64,000 bases of DNA from Nitrosopumilus sp. Lineage in GTDB: Archaea > Thermoproteota > Nitrososphaeria > Nitrososphaerales > Nitrosopumilaceae. This document shows, in pieces, positions 61,223 through 64,000 of this stretch (position 1 is its first letter; every line of letters begins with the position of its first letter). A program made the translations under genes and the position numbers. Below the pieces are notes generated by a model. That model was not told where the DNA came from. It did not search any database and was given only the letters and a program-made list of their open reading frames with translations. The DNA lies in assembly GCA_965249555.1 (NCBI GenBank), contig OZ252243.1:1312001-1376000 (forward strand), in the 5' to 3' direction.

Positions 61223-62360
61223 TCTGAAATATTTTCATTATTTCATTTATTTTTGCGTCTGTCCTAAATCCTGTAGGACTAAATGATGTAACACTTGCTA
61301 TGAAATTATTTTTTTGCAAATTTGATATTGCATTTTCTAATTTTGGAGGAGATGATTTCATTTTTGATGCAATCTCATCTAATGTAAAATATGTTCCTGG
61401 CATTTTTGATTCTTCAAGACATTTGTGGAGAGTTTTTTCACAAACCTTGTCTACTTCAAAATTTTGAATTTCTAATAACATGTCTTGAATAAATTCTTTG
61501 TCGAAAATATTTCCAATCCATAAAGGTCCCGCAATACTGATTTTTAATCTACATAATTCACATTCTTGTTCTTGCTCTAATGTGATTTTTCTATGTCCAC
61601 AATTTTTACAGTGTAGAATATACCCTATGTTTTCTTGTTGATCTGGTCTGTTTAGAACTTTAACATATGTTCTATAGTAATGCATGTTACTTTCTACAAA
61701 CAAAGGAATCACTTGAACTCCTAGTCTTGCTGCTACCATTCTAAGGCAACCAAGAATTAATCTAATTGCAATTTCTTTTCCATATTCAGTTCTAACTGGA
61801 ATTCCTCCATACTTTCTCTTACATGCTCCTTGAAAGAGTCCATTTAGCACTTGAAGATCTGTAGATGCTGTAGATAAAACCCCGCCATGCATGGTCGCTC
61901 TAATACCACAGTCAAAAAATGCTGCAGGAGATCCAAACGGGTCTATATCTACAATCGAGCCTCTTTCTCCTTTTTTTGAATGATCACTCAAAAACCTACA
62001 AACCTCTTTTTCAGAAAATTCAATATTTTTTATATTGTTCAATTTGGCTGAATATTCAGCAATTTTTAGAGCTGATGGATTTAGATCATTGATTACTATA
62101 TTTTCAACTTTTAGCTCATTTGCAACTCGTAATCCTCTTGCACCCATTCCTGATAATCCTTCCAAGAAAATCTTTGGACCTTGAAAATTTTTTAGAAATG
62201 CAGCATATGCAATTACTGAAAAATCTCTATTCAATTTCGCCTTTGGATTGAAAAACACTGGTTTTTTTGGTGGAACTTTTTCTGTAATTGATTTTTTTGG
62301 GACAAGCAGTTTTGTTTTACCCTCTACAATTTCTTGAAAAGATTCATTTGGAATTTCCAA
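61212..62360 (-). CDS. trm1: tRNA (G26-N2)-dimethyltransferase
   Basis: VFFNP...NRD, G.RGLR, DIDPFGSP, AGPLW. Confidence 0.93.
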   Translation of the reverse strand: MEIPNESFQEIVEGKTKLLVPKKSITEKVPPKKPVFFNPKAKLNRDFSVIAYAAFLKNFQGPKIFLEGLSGMGARGLRVANELKVENIVINDLNPSALKIAEYSAKLNNIKNIEFSEKEVCRFLSDHSKKGERGSIVDIDPFGSPAAFFDCGIRATMHGGVLSTASTDLQVLNGLFQGACKRKYGGIPVRTEYGKEIAIRLILGCLRMVAARLGVQVIPLFVESNMHYYRTYVKVLNRPDQQENIGYILHCKNCGHRKITLEQEQECELCRLKISIAGPLWIGNIFDKEFIQDMLLEIQNFEVDKVCEKTLHKCLEESKMPGTYFTLDEIASKMKSSPPKLENAISNLQKNNFIASVTSFSPTGFRTDAKINEIMKIFQTIQ

Positions 62361-62419
62361 TTATTTTCTGCTTTTCTAAGTCTCTAACGGTTTAATACTT
62401 GTGCTTTAAGATAAAATTC

Positions 62420-63040
62420 GTGCAAATTTGTGGTATTGATGATGCTGGACGTGGTTCTATGTTGGGGCCATTAGTTATAGCTGGTGTTTCTTTGGATAAA
62501 AGAAAATTAAGAAAACTGTCCTCACTAGGAGTAAGGGATTCAAAAAAACTTTCCCCCAAATTACGTGAACATCTCTACAAAAAAATTATTGAAATTGTTG
62601 ATGATTATTATATTGTAAAAATTCCCCCAAGATCCATTGATGCAAGTGTTAAGAAACATTATCTAAATAATTTGGAGGCAAAATATATGGCAAAAGTAGT
62701 TTCAAAACTAAATGCTGATACATCATATGTTGATTCATGTGATGTCAATCCAAGAAGATTTGGAAAAGAAATCTCTAAACTATCTAACAATCATAAAATT
62801 AAATCATATCATCATGCAGATAGTAGATTTGTGGTAGTTTCTGCTGCATCTATTCTTGCAAAAGTAGCAAGAGACAGAACAATTACAAAGTTAAGAAAAA
62901 ACCATGATTTGGGAAGTGGATATCCTTCAGATTCAGTAAGTGTGAAATTTGTGACTAAACATTACAAAAAAAATCATGATATGCCCAGTTTTGTGCGTAA
63001 AAGTTGGAAGCCTATTCTAAAAATCTTAGATAATAATTAG
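62420..63040 (+). CDS. rnhB: ribonuclease HII
   Basis: GIDDAGRG, RDSKKL, SAASILAKV.RD, GSGYPSD. Confidence 0.94.
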   Translation: MQICGIDDAGRGSMLGPLVIAGVSLDKRKLRKLSSLGVRDSKKLSPKLREHLYKKIIEIVDDYYIVKIPPRSIDASVKKHYLNNLEAKYMAKVVSKLNADTSYVDSCDVNPRRFGKEISKLSNNHKIKSYHHADSRFVVVSAASILAKVARDRTITKLRKNHDLGSGYPSDSVSVKFVTKHYKKNHDMPSFVRKSWKPILKILDNN

Positions 63041-63711
63041 TCTCTATATTTTGCAATTACCATTGCATGATCTTTGTCATATGGATGTAAATCCATTGAC
63101 TGTAAAATGTCAAAATCTGTTTTTAGTTTCTCTATTTCTTGTTCTATGATCTTTTTTGGAGATTTTGTAACGTCTATACTTCGTGTCTTAATTACTAAAA
63201 AGAAATATCCTCCTTTTTTTAGAAACAAATGACAATTATCTATTGCAATTTTTGTTTGATCAGGTTGAGCAATATCTGCATAGACGACATCAACTTTTCC
63301 AAATACAGAAAAGTATTCTTTAGGTTTTCTAGCATCTTGAAGAATTGGAATAATATTTGCTCTAAGTGATGCAACCCTGTCTAAAAAATCTCTTGCAACT
63401 CTGCTTGCATGCTCAACACTAAAAACTATTCCACTTGGACCAACAATATCTGAAATATGACTTACAGTTGTTCCAGTTGATGCTCCAAGATAAAGAACTT
63501 TGGTTTTATTTTCAAAAGGAAATTCCTCAAGTTCATTCATTATAGATGCTGCTAATTTACTTCTAAATGGGTCCCATAATCTATACTCGATTCCTTTTTT
63601 GATAATTAGTTTTTCTTTGTATACTTGATTTCCAGGAACCAAATTTTCAGTAGCTAGTTTTTTTTCGCCTTCTGATTTAATCCAAAAAAATGATTGATTA
63701 CCTTCTTCCAA
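63037..63711 (-). CDS. flpA: fibrillarin-like rRNA/tRNA 2'-O-methyltransferase
   Basis: WDPFRSKL, VLYLGASTGTTVSHISD, DIAQPDQ; probable TTG start 63711. Confidence 0.94.
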   Translation of the reverse strand: MEEGNQSFFWIKSEGEKKLATENLVPGNQVYKEKLIIKKGIEYRLWDPFRSKLAASIMNELEEFPFENKTKVLYLGASTGTTVSHISDIVGPSGIVFSVEHASRVARDFLDRVASLRANIIPILQDARKPKEYFSVFGKVDVVYADIAQPDQTKIAIDNCHLFLKKGGYFFLVIKTRSIDVTKSPKKIIEQEIEKLKTDFDILQSMDLHPYDKDHAMVIAKYRD

Positions 63712-64000
63712 ATTTCTTTCTCTTTTTTGAACCTCTGTCTTCTCTTCTTCCACCTCTATCGTCTCTAGAATATCTTGAACCTCTGTCTTCTCTTCTTCCA
63801 CCTCTATCATCACGTCTTCTGGAATCCCCTCTAGAATATCTTGAACCTCTGTCTTCTCTTCTTCCACCTCTATCATCACGTCTAAACAATTCAGGTTTTC
63901 TGGTATCTTTTTCAGTTGGATTTTCATATTTCTTGCCTATTTCATCAACTCTGATGTTGAGTTTTTCAAGCAAAGTCTCGTTTAATCCCTCTCCATAGAC
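63698..64000 (-). CDS. C-terminal part of Nop5 (Nop56/58) with RGG-like tail
   Basis: LLEKLNIRV.EI..KY.NP then RDDRGGRREDRGS repeats; overlaps fibrillarin start as in the nop5-fibrillarin operon. Confidence 0.7.
   Translation of the reverse strand, partial: VYGEGLNETLLEKLNIRVDEIGKKYENPTEKDTRKPELFRRDDRGGRREDRGSRYSRGDSRRRDDRGGRREDRGSRYSRDDRGGRREDRGSKKRKKFGRR

Noticed and set aside
63712-63927. N-terminal extension of the fibrillarin ORF (VEEEKTEVQ repeats)
   Set aside because: Alternative-frame shadow of the Nop5 repeat tail; fibrillarin similarity starts near TTG 63711.

Overview
AT-rich chromosomal segment of an ammonia-oxidising archaeon (Nitrosopumilaceae-like; inferred from archaeal information genes such as top6A/B, histone, aIF2-beta, RIO1, fibrillarin/Nop5, TFE-beta, and thaumarchaeal IPxWIKNNAGWW surface-protein tails). 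Two blocks of housekeeping genes (1-18.9 kb and 34.2-64 kb; tRNA-Thr(CGT), tRNA-Cys(GCA)) flank a ~15.3 kb accessory island (~18950-34216) between an orphan AIPR gene and a cupredoxin gene. The island has no recognisable integrase and is not anchored in a tRNA. It is punctuated by three copies of a core ATTATGTA(A/T)T, two of them preceded by a near-identical ~50-70 bp arm with inverted TACCAA/TTGGTA motifs, which suggests two cargo modules stacked in tandem at one recombination site (my leading candidate for an undescribed system). Cargo: an intact IS66 with 8-bp TSD splitting a secreted Cys-rich gene, a 138-bp IS66-derived MITE nested in an IS110 remnant, a frameshifted PIN-coiled-coil-2TM gene, a deoxyribosyltransferase, a RelE-like gene, an Fn3 surface protein with a 30-bp VNTR, an orphan LivJ-type binding protein and several pseudogenes. 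Other oddities: a structured RNA candidate beside AIPR, a QueD fused to a nuclease-like domain, a Ubl-Cgi121 fusion, TFE-beta with H1-like repeats and an RGG-rich Nop5 tail. All calls come from reading motifs; no database searches were run.
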